DNA of 64,000 nt from contig JAHFST010000014.1 in the NCBI GenBank assembly GCA_023265625.1, positions 8,005 through 72,004 on the forward strand. Reading direction: 5' to 3'. The DNA comes from Deltaproteobacteria bacterium (GTDB lineage Bacteria; UBA10199; JACPAL01; JAHFST01). Positions within the stretch are counted from its first letter, which is position 1, and each line of letters starts with the position of its first letter. The notes under the pieces are model-generated. The model searched no databases. It was not told the origin of the DNA and saw only the letters and a list, made by a program, of their open reading frames with translations. The position numbers were made by a program, and so were the translations under genes. Positions 54,695 to 64,000 of the stretch are shown here, in pieces.

Positions 54695-55177
54695 TTAGCT
54701 TTTCAATACCTGATTCGTATGCAAATGGCAAATAGCCACTGCCAGTGCATCCGAGGCGTTTTCTTCGGCGAGTTCCGGGAGTTTTAAGATCATCTGCACC
54801 ATCTTTTGGATCTGTTCCTTGCCCGCCCGGCCATAGCCCGTGGTGGCCTGCTTGATGGCGGTTGCGGAATATTCAAAGACGGGGAGTCCCGATTGGGCGG
54901 CGGCCAACAACGCGACACCGCGGCTCTGGCCCAGTTTCAGGGCACTGGCGACATTTTTGGCGAAGAAGACCTGTTCGACGGCGACGGCATCGGGACGATA
55001 CGTGGTGAGGGCCTGGAGCAGGGCGCGATGGATTTGTTCGAGACGTTCGGGGAGGGAAGCGGCCGGTTTGGGCCTGAGACAACCGTTATCGACATGGACC
55101 AACTGACCGCCATTTTTTTCGACCACCCCATAGCCCATGAAGTGACTGCCCGGATCTATCCCAAAGACCCGCATCAA
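54695..55177 (-). CDS. ruvC: crossover junction endodeoxyribonuclease RuvC
   Basis: RVFGIDPGS..., conserved acidic residues, ...[11 protein letters not shown]. Confidence 0.92.
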   Translation of the reverse strand: MMRVFGIDPGSHFMGYGVVEKNGGQLVHVDNGCLRPKPAASLPERLEQIHRALLQALTTYRPDAVAVEQVFFAKNVASALKLGQSRGVALLAAAQSGLPVFEYSATAIKQATTGYGRAGKEQIQKMVQMILKLPELAEENASDALAVAICHLHTNQVLKS

Positions 55178-55923
55178 CCACCCATCCGCTCCATCTCCTC
55201 CTTGGAGATATCAAAATTGGAGTAGACGTTTTGTACATCGTCATTGTCTTCCAAGGCCTCGATCAGTTTGATCATACGTTCGGCCTCAGAGCCGGTGAGC
55301 GTGACAGAATTTTGCGGGACCATCGTGACCTCGGCGGTGCCCGGCTTCATTCCCTTGTCGAGCAGGGTTTTTTTGACGGCTTCAAAGGCGCTTGGTTCGG
55401 TAAGTACGGTGAAGTGCTCATCATCATCTTTGATATCCTCGGCGCCGGCATCCAGGGCGGCCTCCATCAAGGTGTCTTCGGCGACATCCTTTTTGTCAAA
55501 GATCAGGATACCTTTCTTGGAGAAATTCCAGGCGACACACCCAGCCTCTCCCAAATTGCCGCCGTTCTTGGATAGGACGTTGCGAATCTCAGACAAGGTG
55601 CGGTTGCGATTGTCGGTCAACACGTCAAATATCACGGCGGTGCCCCCGGGACCATAACCTTCCATCACACTCTCTTCGTAGGTGATGCCTTCCAGTTCTC
55701 CCGTACCACGCTTGATGGCGCGCGTGACGTTATCGGCCGGCATATTGGCGGCTCGGGCTTTTTCCAGCACGGTGCGCAGGCGCGGATTGCCGTCGGGATC
55801 GCCGCCGCCGTTTTTAGCCGCCACGGCGATTTCCCGGATCAGTTTGGTAAAGATCCGACCCCGTTTGGCGTCAGACGCGCCTTTTTTACGCTTGATGGTG
55901 GCCCATTTGGAATGTCCGGACAT
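55174..55923 (-). CDS. yebC: YebC/PmpR-family transcriptional regulator
   Basis: [28 protein letters not shown] is the family N-terminus. Confidence 0.92.
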   Translation of the reverse strand: MSGHSKWATIKRKKGASDAKRGRIFTKLIREIAVAAKNGGGDPDGNPRLRTVLEKARAANMPADNVTRAIKRGTGELEGITYEESVMEGYGPGGTAVIFDVLTDNRNRTLSEIRNVLSKNGGNLGEAGCVAWNFSKKGILIFDKKDVAEDTLMEAALDAGAEDIKDDDEHFTVLTEPSAFEAVKKTLLDKGMKPGTAEVTMVPQNSVTLTGSEAERMIKLIEALEDNDDVQNVYSNFDISKEEMERMGG

Positions 55924-56021
55924 GTTTAGTTTCTCCTCTCCCCCTCCTTACAAAGGAGAGGGGACGCATTCTCGTTACGAAGTAGCATGAACGGAAAACA
56001 GATTTCAAACAAAATAAGGCA

Positions 56022-57479
56022 TTATTGCACCTGAAACGACCGAACCGTCTTAGTTTGCTGATGGGATAATTTATCGTGCAAGGTGACTTCCACCTGATAT
56101 TTCCCCGAGATCGCCTGGGGGTTCAGGTCAAATTGAGTGGCGATGGTGAGAGACTTGAGCCACGTGATCGTCGTTGTGTTGCCATTGAGGAGTCCGGGGG
56201 CCGTTAAAATCACCTCGCCATCGGGGCCCTGAATCAGTAGATCACCCTGGACCATGGGGCGTGAACCCTTCATTTGGAATCCCGATATCTTCAGGCCGAG
56301 ATTGACCCTTTCGCCTGGTTTAAACGAGTCTTTTAAATCGATAGATTCAATACGCAGCTGCGGTTGGATATAGCGCATGACGAGAGGGGGAATGACCGGT
56401 AGTTCGTGGGAACCCAGCATAATTTTCAAATCATTCTTCAAAAAGTTCTGCGGGTTCACACTCCCGGCAAATCCCGCTGCCCCGGCAAGCGAGAGCATGA
56501 AGGGAATTGCAAACCAACCGCGCCAACCCTTGCGGCTAACCACCACGATGGTTCCGGAACACAAATCCCCCAACCTTTGTTTCTGCCGGGAAAGCAGGAC
56601 CAGGAGATAGCTTAAGGGATTGAGATCCAAGGGGAGGAACAGGTAGCGCAAGAGAATGGTGGCGAAGCTTGGGGAGGTTCCTTCTTCCGTGAGCACCTTG
56701 AGACCCAACAAACATTTGCCGAACGTCGTGTGAAACCAGGCCTCCGAACAGACCATGTACAGGAGGGTCAGGGCGGGGATGAGATTGAGGAGCGCGAGCG
56801 CCACGAGAGGTTTTTGTACGGGGATCGCCAATAAAAGACCGTAGGTAAAGACCGCCATCAAAACGATATCGAACAACAAGGCGATGGCCCTGCGCAAGGT
56901 GCCACCCGGAGGGGCGGAGGCATCCGGAAGGATGGGGTGCAATTTTTTACTGAGAAAGGTGCCGGCCAGCAGGTCGCCCAGGCGTTGATGATGATGGGTT
57001 GCCTCGGCAAACCCCGCCCCGGTCAGCCAAAAAAGCGGGTAATCAATGACGCGAAAAAGATTGCGGATCAAAACGGAAAAAATCGACGGGGTGCCACCGC
57101 GTATCTTGCGCAACGAGGTGCCGGCCAATAATTTTCCGAAAGTGGCGGTCAACACCCCTTCAAGGCAGAAGAAATAGAGGAAATAACCGGCCGTCAATCC
57201 GGTGGCTGCCAAGAAACGGTTTTGTTTTAAATGGGTCAGTACGACGGGTACATTTTTGGGATCCAAATGACGGTAGGCGATGTATCCTGCGAAGATTAAA
57301 TACAGCAGTATGACATGATCCGTGACCCACGCGGCAAATCGTTCCCGGAGATTGGCAATACGGTAGTCGGAAGGAAGATTAATGGGTTCGTCGGACTCCG
57401 GGGGCGCGGGGCTAAACAGTTGTGCGTCGGGGATGGGAGTGGATTCCTGGGTGGGTTCGTCGATGAGGTTTTCAGTCAT
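56022..57479 (-). CDS. RDD-family membrane protein (two RDD modules + C-terminal beta domain)
   Basis: RFAAWVTDHVILLYL and RRAIALLFDIVLM RDD-like segments with QRLGDL motifs. Multiple TM segments. Confidence 0.65.
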   Translation of the reverse strand: MTENLIDEPTQESTPIPDAQLFSPAPPESDEPINLPSDYRIANLRERFAAWVTDHVILLYLIFAGYIAYRHLDPKNVPVVLTHLKQNRFLAATGLTAGYFLYFFCLEGVLTATFGKLLAGTSLRKIRGGTPSIFSVLIRNLFRVIDYPLFWLTGAGFAEATHHHQRLGDLLAGTFLSKKLHPILPDASAPPGGTLRRAIALLFDIVLMAVFTYGLLLAIPVQKPLVALALLNLIPALTLLYMVCSEAWFHTTFGKCLLGLKVLTEEGTSPSFATILLRYLFLPLDLNPLSYLLVLLSRQKQRLGDLCSGTIVVVSRKGWRGWFAIPFMLSLAGAAGFAGSVNPQNFLKNDLKIMLGSHELPVIPPLVMRYIQPQLRIESIDLKDSFKPGERVNLGLKISGFQMKGSRPMVQGDLLIQGPDGEVILTAPGLLNGNTTTITWLKSLTIATQFDLNPQAISGKYQVEVTLHDKLSHQQTKTVRSFQVQ

Positions 57480-58171
57480 GTTAAGATGTCCAAGAGGCGA
57501 TCTGGATGATCGCTGATGATCCCGTCAACACCCAAACGAATCATCGCCTTCATATCATTTTCCCGGTTGACCGTCCAAACAAAAAACCTCTTTCCCCGGT
57601 GATGGCAACGGGCCACCAAGTTGGGATGGAGGGTGTCCAGAGAACCATGGAGTGAATAAAGTTTCATAACAGGGGTGAGCCAGGGACGCAGCGAGGATTT
57701 TTTGGCATAGAGATAGCCACGATTTATCTCGGGGGCCAACCAGCGGAGCCTGAGAAGGGCCAAGGGGTTGAAGGCAGACAGCAGGATGGAATCAGCCAAC
57801 TTTTTAGCCCGGAGGATGTCGATTATTTTTCTTTCGTGAGTCGGTCGTGCCAGGACGGTTTTTACCTCGAGATTGAGGAGACAGCGATCCTGCACCAGAT
57901 CGAGGAGGTCCTGAAGCGTGGGAATGCGTTCGCCAAAAACACGAATGTTGCGGATTTGCTGGTAATCCGACTTTTCTATTTCTAAGGGGTTACCGGCCAG
58001 GCGGGCTAATGTGTCGTCATGAAAGACCAAGATGGTTCCGTCTCGGGTCATGCGGAGATCGACCTCGATGCCGTCCACCTTCAAATCCAAGGCGGCCTGG
58101 ATGGCGGCGAGGGTGTTTTCCCCGGCGTTTTTGGTGAAACCGCGGTGGGCGATGACGAGGGGGCGGTTCAT
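57476..58171 (-). CDS. glycerophosphodiester phosphodiesterase family protein
   Basis: VIAHRGF...ENTLAAI...GIEVDLRMTRDGTILVFHDDTL GDPD signature. Confidence 0.85.
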   Translation of the reverse strand: MNRPLVIAHRGFTKNAGENTLAAIQAALDLKVDGIEVDLRMTRDGTILVFHDDTLARLAGNPLEIEKSDYQQIRNIRVFGERIPTLQDLLDLVQDRCLLNLEVKTVLARPTHERKIIDILRAKKLADSILLSAFNPLALLRLRWLAPEINRGYLYAKKSSLRPWLTPVMKLYSLHGSLDTLHPNLVARCHHRGKRFFVWTVNRENDMKAMIRLGVDGIISDHPDRLLDILT

Positions 58172-58890
58172 GTCTCCCCCCTAGATATTTCATAGTGCAC
58201 AATCGCCAACGCCACCAGCGCCGCCGTCTCCGCGCGCAAGGTCTGCGCGCCCAGGGTGACCACGAGACATCCGGTTGCCTTGGCCTGTGTCACTTCGTTT
58301 TGCGAAAATCCCCCTTCAGGACCGATCAAGATGCACAGCGGTTTCTCTGAAGGTGTGTTAAATATTTCCCGAATGGGCACGGCCGGGGTTCCTTCCCAAC
58401 AAAGAATGGCCGACTGATCTTGCAACTCTTTGAGAACCTCGACAAAGGTCATGGTAGGATTGACGATTGGCCGATTGTCTCGGCCGCATTGCTTCACGGC
58501 CTGGTCGCAGATTTTTTGCCATCGCTCCGTCTTGTCTTTCCCGGTCAACTTGACGACGGTGCGTTCCGAAGTGAATGGATGGATTTCATCCACACCCAGT
58601 TCGGTGGATTTTTGCAAGACCCACTCCATTTTTTCCCCCTTGAGGAGGGCTTGATACAAAATGATGGGGCGGGGGTTTTGTGACGATGCCAGTTTTTTTT
58701 CCAAATAGACAGTGACCACCTTAACGCCGACTTCATCGATTCGGCCCAAAAATGCTGCTTGCCCGTCAAACAATCTTACCGCTGCGCCGCGTTGCAGGCG
58801 AAAAACATTGCGGATATGATGAGATTCATCTTGGGCCAGCTCTACAGTTTCGCCTACCTGATACCCCGGGGGGATGAGAAATTGTGGCAT
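58168..58890 (-). CDS. rsmE: 16S rRNA (uracil1498-N3)-methyltransferase RsmE
   Basis: PUA-like N-domain and SPOUT C-domain (ILIGPEGGFS, LGAQTLRAETA). Confidence 0.85.
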   Translation of the reverse strand: MPQFLIPPGYQVGETVELAQDESHHIRNVFRLQRGAAVRLFDGQAAFLGRIDEVGVKVVTVYLEKKLASSQNPRPIILYQALLKGEKMEWVLQKSTELGVDEIHPFTSERTVVKLTGKDKTERWQKICDQAVKQCGRDNRPIVNPTMTFVEVLKELQDQSAILCWEGTPAVPIREIFNTPSEKPLCILIGPEGGFSQNEVTQAKATGCLVVTLGAQTLRAETAALVALAIVHYEISRGET

Positions 58891-58899
58891 AAGATGAAA

Positions 58900-60321
58900 T
58901 TATTTTTCCTGTAAGACCACGGTTTCTTCATTCTCAAATTTGAATTTTGGAATTAAAATAGGTTGACGCATGAACGTCCAATAATTCAACGCCTGTAATT
59001 TTCTATTGAGCAATAAAAAAGCGGCTACGACGGCGATGAGACAGGCGCCGGTGTAGCCAAAACCATAGGCGGAGAATCCGATACGCAGGGTGACGAGGGT
59101 CAAGACGGTGTTGAGGATAAAATAAATCAGGCAGACGTAAAAAGCGTCCTTCTGCAGGTCAAAATAAAACAAGATATTCAACAGGATGAGAAAGCCCATT
59201 TGCAAAAAACTACCGAGGATGCCGATACGAAACACCCCCATCTGGTAGGGATTAAGATGGAAGGCGTCGGCAATTTGATAAACAAACATGATGACCAGTC
59301 CGCTGATGATGCCTTGAAAAAGCACAAAGCGCTGGAAATGTTCGGTGAGGTTGTCGAGAATGGCCTCCCGCTTGGCGCGGATGGTTCCCAGGTCCGCGCG
59401 TTCCCGGACGGATTGGTAATAACCGTGATAATGCTGGACAAAAGAGGTTTCCATTTGAATCAGAAAAAAAGCCATCGAAGGCACGATGGTGATGAAGGCT
59501 AAAAACATCGGGGTGTCGTAGTTGGAGTAAATCTTAAGCCCCGGAGCCACGGTTTCACCCAGGTTGGAATGCCAAAAGATCAGCTTGTCGATCCAGATGC
59601 CCAAATTGTAAAAAACGCCGACGAGCACCAGGTAGGGATATTTTTTGAGGTAAGTCAGAACCCCGTAATCGTAACTGAGGGAGAGGCCGAACTCGAAAAA
59701 AATACGGATGGTTAAGGTGAGGAAGGTGATGCCCTGGCCCAGGGTGTATCCGGCCAAAAATCCGGAGAGTCCATGGGCGCGCCCCATGTGAATGGCTGCC
59801 GCGCAACCGAAAACGGCCCCAAAGGCAAAGGCAAAGACAATCCAGAGGTAATCGCGCGAGGCGGATAGGAACAGCATGGCAATCCAGATACCGTTGATGA
59901 AGAGATAGAGGATGTAGACGAGCCACTTGGTGCCGAAGGGGAGATCCAGTCGCAGCAAAAATAGGATGGCCACAATGGTTTGGAAGATAAAGACCACCTG
60001 CAGGACAAAAAGAAAAGTGGGGGTAAAGAGATAGGCTTGTTTTAGGTAATAGCGATCCGCAATATATCGGGTCACGATATACATGACGGGTCCGACCCCG
60101 ATAAGTGAGAAGGCAAATATGTAGATGATCAAACTTTGAAAGAGGTTGGAATCGGCTGTTTCGAGACTGCCCTGAATGGTCGCGCGAATGATGGCCAAAG
60201 AGACGATGACGACCAGGAGCGGGCCGGTGGCGATGATCGACGAATAAAAATAGGCGCGGATCAGGTCGGTAAAAGAACCTGACGCGAGCAATTTTTGTAA
60301 TCTAAAACCGATCCCGGCCAT
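58900..60321 (-). CDS. pelG: Pel exopolysaccharide export protein PelG
   Basis: MAGIGFRLQKLL... N-terminus and ~12 TM, typical of PelG. Adjacent to pelF. Confidence 0.8.
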   Translation of the reverse strand: MAGIGFRLQKLLASGSFTDLIRAYFYSSIIATGPLLVVIVSLAIIRATIQGSLETADSNLFQSLIIYIFAFSLIGVGPVMYIVTRYIADRYYLKQAYLFTPTFLFVLQVVFIFQTIVAILFLLRLDLPFGTKWLVYILYLFINGIWIAMLFLSASRDYLWIVFAFAFGAVFGCAAAIHMGRAHGLSGFLAGYTLGQGITFLTLTIRIFFEFGLSLSYDYGVLTYLKKYPYLVLVGVFYNLGIWIDKLIFWHSNLGETVAPGLKIYSNYDTPMFLAFITIVPSMAFFLIQMETSFVQHYHGYYQSVRERADLGTIRAKREAILDNLTEHFQRFVLFQGIISGLVIMFVYQIADAFHLNPYQMGVFRIGILGSFLQMGFLILLNILFYFDLQKDAFYVCLIYFILNTVLTLVTLRIGFSAYGFGYTGACLIAVVAAFLLLNRKLQALNYWTFMRQPILIPKFKFENEETVVLQEK

Positions 60322-60329
60322 ATTTTCCC

Positions 60330-61790
60330 CTACAAATTTCGTTCATACAGATTAAGATACCGACTAAACAAATCATCCTGATCATAATAACTTTGGATCC
60401 GCGCCCTGCCGGCTTCTGAGCAGCTTTTGTAGAGGGCGGGGTCCTGGATGAGTTTGAGGATGGCGGTGGCGGTTGACTCGGGGCTGGATACCTCGGTCAA
60501 CAGGCCGCTTTTTCCCAAAATCTTGTCCGGTTCATCACGGCCCTCCAGCATCTCGCGGCAGGCCCCCACATCGGTGGCGACCATCGGGATACCGGCCAGG
60601 TTGGCCTCCAAGATGACATAAGGCTGGGCCTCGGAAAGACTGGTTAGGACCACCACGTCAAGGAATTGGTAGTACTCCCTGACATTGACCGGCCCGGTAA
60701 ACGAGATGTTCTCCTCAAGATTGAGCGTCTCCACCAATAGTTTACATTCATCATAATAATCGCGCTCTTCTGTAAACGGACCAATCACATGAAACTGGGC
60801 CTTCGGTAAGGTCTTTAAGACGAGACGCGCCGCCAAGATGAAGGTCTTAATATCCTTAATATTGACCACGCGGCCGATCAGGGCAATCTGGGGATGGGGA
60901 CGGTTGTTACGCCGGATCTCGAGGGTGCCACGGATGTCAATGCCATTGGGGATAATGGAGATTTTTTCTGGCTCGGCCCCGCTCAAGATTTGCCTCACCT
61001 TATTTCCCTCGAACAGGGTGAAGATTTGATCGCAGGCGTGGTAGGTGATGCCATTCATGAGCTGAAACATCCGGATCCACCAGGTCTTAAAAAATGAGAG
61101 TTCCCGCTCGGCCCGAAAATGTCTTTGCTCCCGTTCATAGATCCAATTGGCCTGGGAGATTTCCAAAGTGCGTTCATGGGTGTAGATCCCATGCTCCGTC
61201 AAAAACAACTTGCCGCCGTGGCTTTGTCGGGCGATGGCGCTGATGAGGCCGGCATAGCCCGTGGAGATGGAGTGATAAATTTTGGCGGCTGGAATCTCGG
61301 CGGTGAGCGATTGCAAAAGCGGGAGATGCGTGCCGCGCCAGGTCCAGAAAAAATCTATGTAGGAAATACCCGGTGAATAACGGTCATAAAAATAGTTCAA
61401 TAAATCGAAGATTTTTTCGGAGCTGAAAAAGCTCTGGGTATCAAAACAGGATTGTTCGCCGCGGAATAGCTCGTAAAACTTCCGGAAAGAATCAAAGCAA
61501 TTGGTTTCGAGCTCCTCATAAAAGGTGCGGATCAACTCATAATCCTGCGGTTTGGGTTTCCGTTTTTTCTGCGGGGCGAGATTGTAATCGTGAAGGTAGA
61601 TTTCCTTGAGATAGAGCACGTTATTGGGGACCTCATACTTCAGGCGCCGCGTCGGATCCGAATGCGGGGCGATATAAACAATGCCAAAACGGATATCACG
61701 CATGGCGGTGATGAGCTGGTGCACCCAGGTCGAGACGCCACCGGCTACATAGGGATAGGTGCCTTCAAGAAAAAAACAGACATCGATCAT
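60330..61790 (-). CDS. pelF: GT4 glycosyltransferase PelF
   Basis: DVCFFLEGTYPYVAGGVSTWVHQLI matches the PelF N-terminal signature. GT4 E-x7-E region near the C-terminus. Confidence 0.8.
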   Translation of the reverse strand: MIDVCFFLEGTYPYVAGGVSTWVHQLITAMRDIRFGIVYIAPHSDPTRRLKYEVPNNVLYLKEIYLHDYNLAPQKKRKPKPQDYELIRTFYEELETNCFDSFRKFYELFRGEQSCFDTQSFFSSEKIFDLLNYFYDRYSPGISYIDFFWTWRGTHLPLLQSLTAEIPAAKIYHSISTGYAGLISAIARQSHGGKLFLTEHGIYTHERTLEISQANWIYEREQRHFRAERELSFFKTWWIRMFQLMNGITYHACDQIFTLFEGNKVRQILSGAEPEKISIIPNGIDIRGTLEIRRNNRPHPQIALIGRVVNIKDIKTFILAARLVLKTLPKAQFHVIGPFTEERDYYDECKLLVETLNLEENISFTGPVNVREYYQFLDVVVLTSLSEAQPYVILEANLAGIPMVATDVGACREMLEGRDEPDKILGKSGLLTEVSSPESTATAILKLIQDPALYKSCSEAGRARIQSYYDQDDLFSRYLNLYERNL

Positions 61791-63787
61791 GGCGGGGAAG
61801 TCTCCAATCCAGAAAGCCGTCGCAAGGATCTCGCCGCCAAGGCATGATGCGGTATCCTTTTTTCATCACAGAGGATCGAAACAAGCAGGGGAATCGCGCC
61901 TCGATCTCCCGTATTGCCCAACAGGTTGATAATCGACCCTTGCAGGTCTTGATCATGTTCCGTTAGCCAGGATTCCAAAATGCTGAATGGCAGTTTAAAC
62001 TGTATTTTCCCCTCAAGCCGGTTCATGATGGAGATCAAAAAATTAATATCGGAGCGTCGTTCTTTGAGTTCTAAAAAAAGCGTTTCCAGGGAGAGCCGAT
62101 GGTGGGTGAAGAAGGCCGAAAACACCTCGATCAGCAGGGGTTTAAAGCCGGACGATAAGAGGTCGAGAGCGGGATCGAGCAGCGCTTTGGCCAATGACAG
62201 CGCATGGGGGCCCTTCATGCCGGCCTCTTGGGATAGTTTTAACAGGAGCGGCACGACGTCCCGGTCGTTGCGATACTCCCGCAACAAGTCAATGGAGAGC
62301 ACAGGCTGCTGAATAAAAAGTTGCACAATACTGCCGCGAAAATAATCGAGCGAGACCGGATCCGTTTCCCTCAGCATCGCTTGCAAGAGCGGTTTTAGGG
62401 TCACGCTGTTATTGGTGATACGCAGCGTCTGGGCCGCCAGGTAGCGAATGTTGAGGTTCTCGTTGGAGAGCAGTCCGATCAAGTCCTGGGTCAGTCGCGT
62501 ATCGAGGGCATCGTAGGCGTTATGATTGATCAGATGCCTGAGGATGACCTGTTTGAGCAATAAATTGATCTCCGGCTGTTCCAGGTAATGGACAATGCGC
62601 GCGATGTCGTTTTTCGAATAAAGATTAAGCAGCGCATTCAACGCGGCGTAAGCGGTTAACAAGGGGCCCGTGACGAGTTTTTCCAAATCGGGGATGGCGT
62701 CCTGGTGCTGCACGTTTCCCAAGGCTTCAAGGATGGCAATCCTCTCCGGCTCATTTTGGCAGGTATGGAGCCGCTTCAAGAAGGTGGTGCAGAGCGAGCG
62801 CGAACCGCGTTCCAACTCAGCCAGGTAGAGCATGGCCTTGTGTCGGATCGCCAGTTGAGAATGACTCATCATTTTTCGGAGACTTGTTTTGAGGCATTCC
62901 TTGGGCATCTCCATCAGGATGGCCTCAGCCTTGAGGATGACGGCCTTGTTGCCATCGGCAATGCAGGTATTCATCAGATTTTCGATGGTTTTTTCATTGG
63001 GAAAATGCCGCAGGGTCATTAAGGCCTCCTGCCGCACGATGGGTTCCGGATCTTGTTTGACAAGGAGGAAGAGCTGATCCAGATCATGCTTCGTCGGCCT
63101 TCTGCGCAGGATCCAGAGGGCGGCCTGCCTCATGACGGGCGAGGGATGGTGGATTATTTTTAATAGGATCTTGTGGGCCTGAAAGAGTTTGGCCTCATAG
63201 TTGGCGCCCAGGACCATTAAGCTGCGGTATTGGATTTCCTCGCGCGCGTCGTGCAAAAAAGGCAGGATGACCGGGATGACGCGCCGATCCGGCAAATAGC
63301 GCAGCGCCCGCAGGATGATCAGCAAAAGCTCTTCGTCGGCCGTCGGGATCATGTTAAGCAGGGGTTCGACTAATTTTGTCTCACCGGCGCTGGCCAAGGT
63401 CTCGATCGCGTAGCGTCTGACTTGGGCCCGTGGAGAGTCAAGCAAGGGGAGGAGTTGCTCCATTTTTTTGTTGTAATGGCTGCGCGCAAACGCCTTTTTG
63501 GCGGTTTCAAAGACATGATTGTTCTCGTCTTGCAGCAGTTGGGTGAGATATTGGAGCGAGCGCTCCTCTTGAATGTGGGCCAGGAAACGGCAGAACAGCA
63601 CTTTGAGGATGGGATCATGGCCATGCAGGATGCGCTCGGTTTCCTGCCGGGCCTCGGGAATCACCAGGCTGTAGAGGCCAAACCAGGCGGCAAAGCGCAA
63701 ATCCTCACTGGGACTCTCGATGTCTTTCCGGATTTTTTCCAAGGAGGTCACGTAAAGACCCCCCACCATTGTTGCAGCGCGTTCCAT
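61787..63787 (-). CDS. HEAT-repeat protein in the pel cluster
   Basis: Repeated ~31-aa units with D..P.VR..A...L pattern. ATGA overlap with pelF. Start may instead be GTG 63751 (GTGA coupling to the upstream stop). Confidence 0.65.
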   Translation of the reverse strand: MERAATMVGGLYVTSLEKIRKDIESPSEDLRFAAWFGLYSLVIPEARQETERILHGHDPILKVLFCRFLAHIQEERSLQYLTQLLQDENNHVFETAKKAFARSHYNKKMEQLLPLLDSPRAQVRRYAIETLASAGETKLVEPLLNMIPTADEELLLIILRALRYLPDRRVIPVILPFLHDAREEIQYRSLMVLGANYEAKLFQAHKILLKIIHHPSPVMRQAALWILRRRPTKHDLDQLFLLVKQDPEPIVRQEALMTLRHFPNEKTIENLMNTCIADGNKAVILKAEAILMEMPKECLKTSLRKMMSHSQLAIRHKAMLYLAELERGSRSLCTTFLKRLHTCQNEPERIAILEALGNVQHQDAIPDLEKLVTGPLLTAYAALNALLNLYSKNDIARIVHYLEQPEINLLLKQVILRHLINHNAYDALDTRLTQDLIGLLSNENLNIRYLAAQTLRITNNSVTLKPLLQAMLRETDPVSLDYFRGSIVQLFIQQPVLSIDLLREYRNDRDVVPLLLKLSQEAGMKGPHALSLAKALLDPALDLLSSGFKPLLIEVFSAFFTHHRLSLETLFLELKERRSDINFLISIMNRLEGKIQFKLPFSILESWLTEHDQDLQGSIINLLGNTGDRGAIPLLVSILCDEKRIPHHALAARSLRRLSGLETSPP

Positions 63788-64000
63788 TCCGGATCGTTGG
63801 CCAAGCCCGACGGTTGTTTTTCCAAGAGGTGACGGACCAGCTCGCCGTACTGGCGGCTGTGAAAGTAGGCGTTACACCTCATCTTGGCAATGCGCAGGTG
63901 CTCGGCGGGGGCGGATGTTTCCAGCAGTGAAAGTATGTTTAGGAGCTGCGGCCACTCATGCCGGGCTTGGTAAATATCGCACAGGAGCCAATAGGCCTCC
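63748..64000 (-). CDS. TPR-like protein, C-terminal fragment (5' end outside window)
   Basis: The reverse strand reads EAYWLLCDIYQARHEWPQLLNILSLLE...RCNAYFHSRQYGELVRHLLEKQP...*; helical-repeat character; stop at 63748-63750. Confidence 0.5.
   Translation of the reverse strand, partial: EAYWLLCDIYQARHEWPQLLNILSLLETSAPAEHLRIAKMRCNAYFHSRQYGELVRHLLEKQPSGLANDPEWNALQQWWGVFT

Overview
64-kb window from a diderm bacterium, by eye roughly 50-55% GC, with many sigma54 regulators. A Myxococcota/Bdellovibrionota-like or related uncultured lineage is only a guess. All calls rest on reading the ORF translations and DNA by eye; no database search was run.

Layout:
- 0-13 kb: three tandem sigma54 enhancer-binding proteins (first one partial), a manC-like gene, folC, a vapBC-like RHH/PIN pair, an M50 protease, trpS, scpA/scpB, initiator tRNA-Met and a GAF histidine kinase.
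- 13.3-26.5 kb: a complete gspCDEFGHIJKLMN type II secretion operon, with no gspO in the window.
- 26.6-31.7 kb: a 1251-aa Cys-rich repeat exoprotein preceded by a near-consensus sigma54 promoter. It carries 3.3 almost identical 324-bp tandem repeats and is followed by an FHA-sigma54 activator.
- 32-49.5 kb: an accessory island. It holds mazEF, a four-gene minus-strand operon dominated by an 1893-aa orphan protein, a DUF6883/DUF4926 pair, decayed hipA and HTH-DUF1488 genes, a DUF4143 AAA ATPase and a four-gene orphan plus-strand cluster.
- 49.6-52.6 kb: a 1009-aa thrombospondin-type-3-repeat exoprotein.
- 52.9-64 kb: ruvB, ruvA, ruvC, yebC, an RDD protein, a GDPD phosphodiesterase, rsmE and a pel cluster (pelG, pelF, a HEAT-repeat gene and a partial TPR gene).

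Most unusual observations:
- A 28-30 nt perfect palindrome occurs at intergenic sites and three times in frame inside folC.
- The giant-protein operon and the orphan four-gene cluster each sit next to one copy of a duplicated ~160-bp promoter plus 5'-gene segment. The two copies bracket a ~2.8-kb insertion of TA-like and decayed genes.
- The two huge exoproteins share a C-terminal GGCSL motif.
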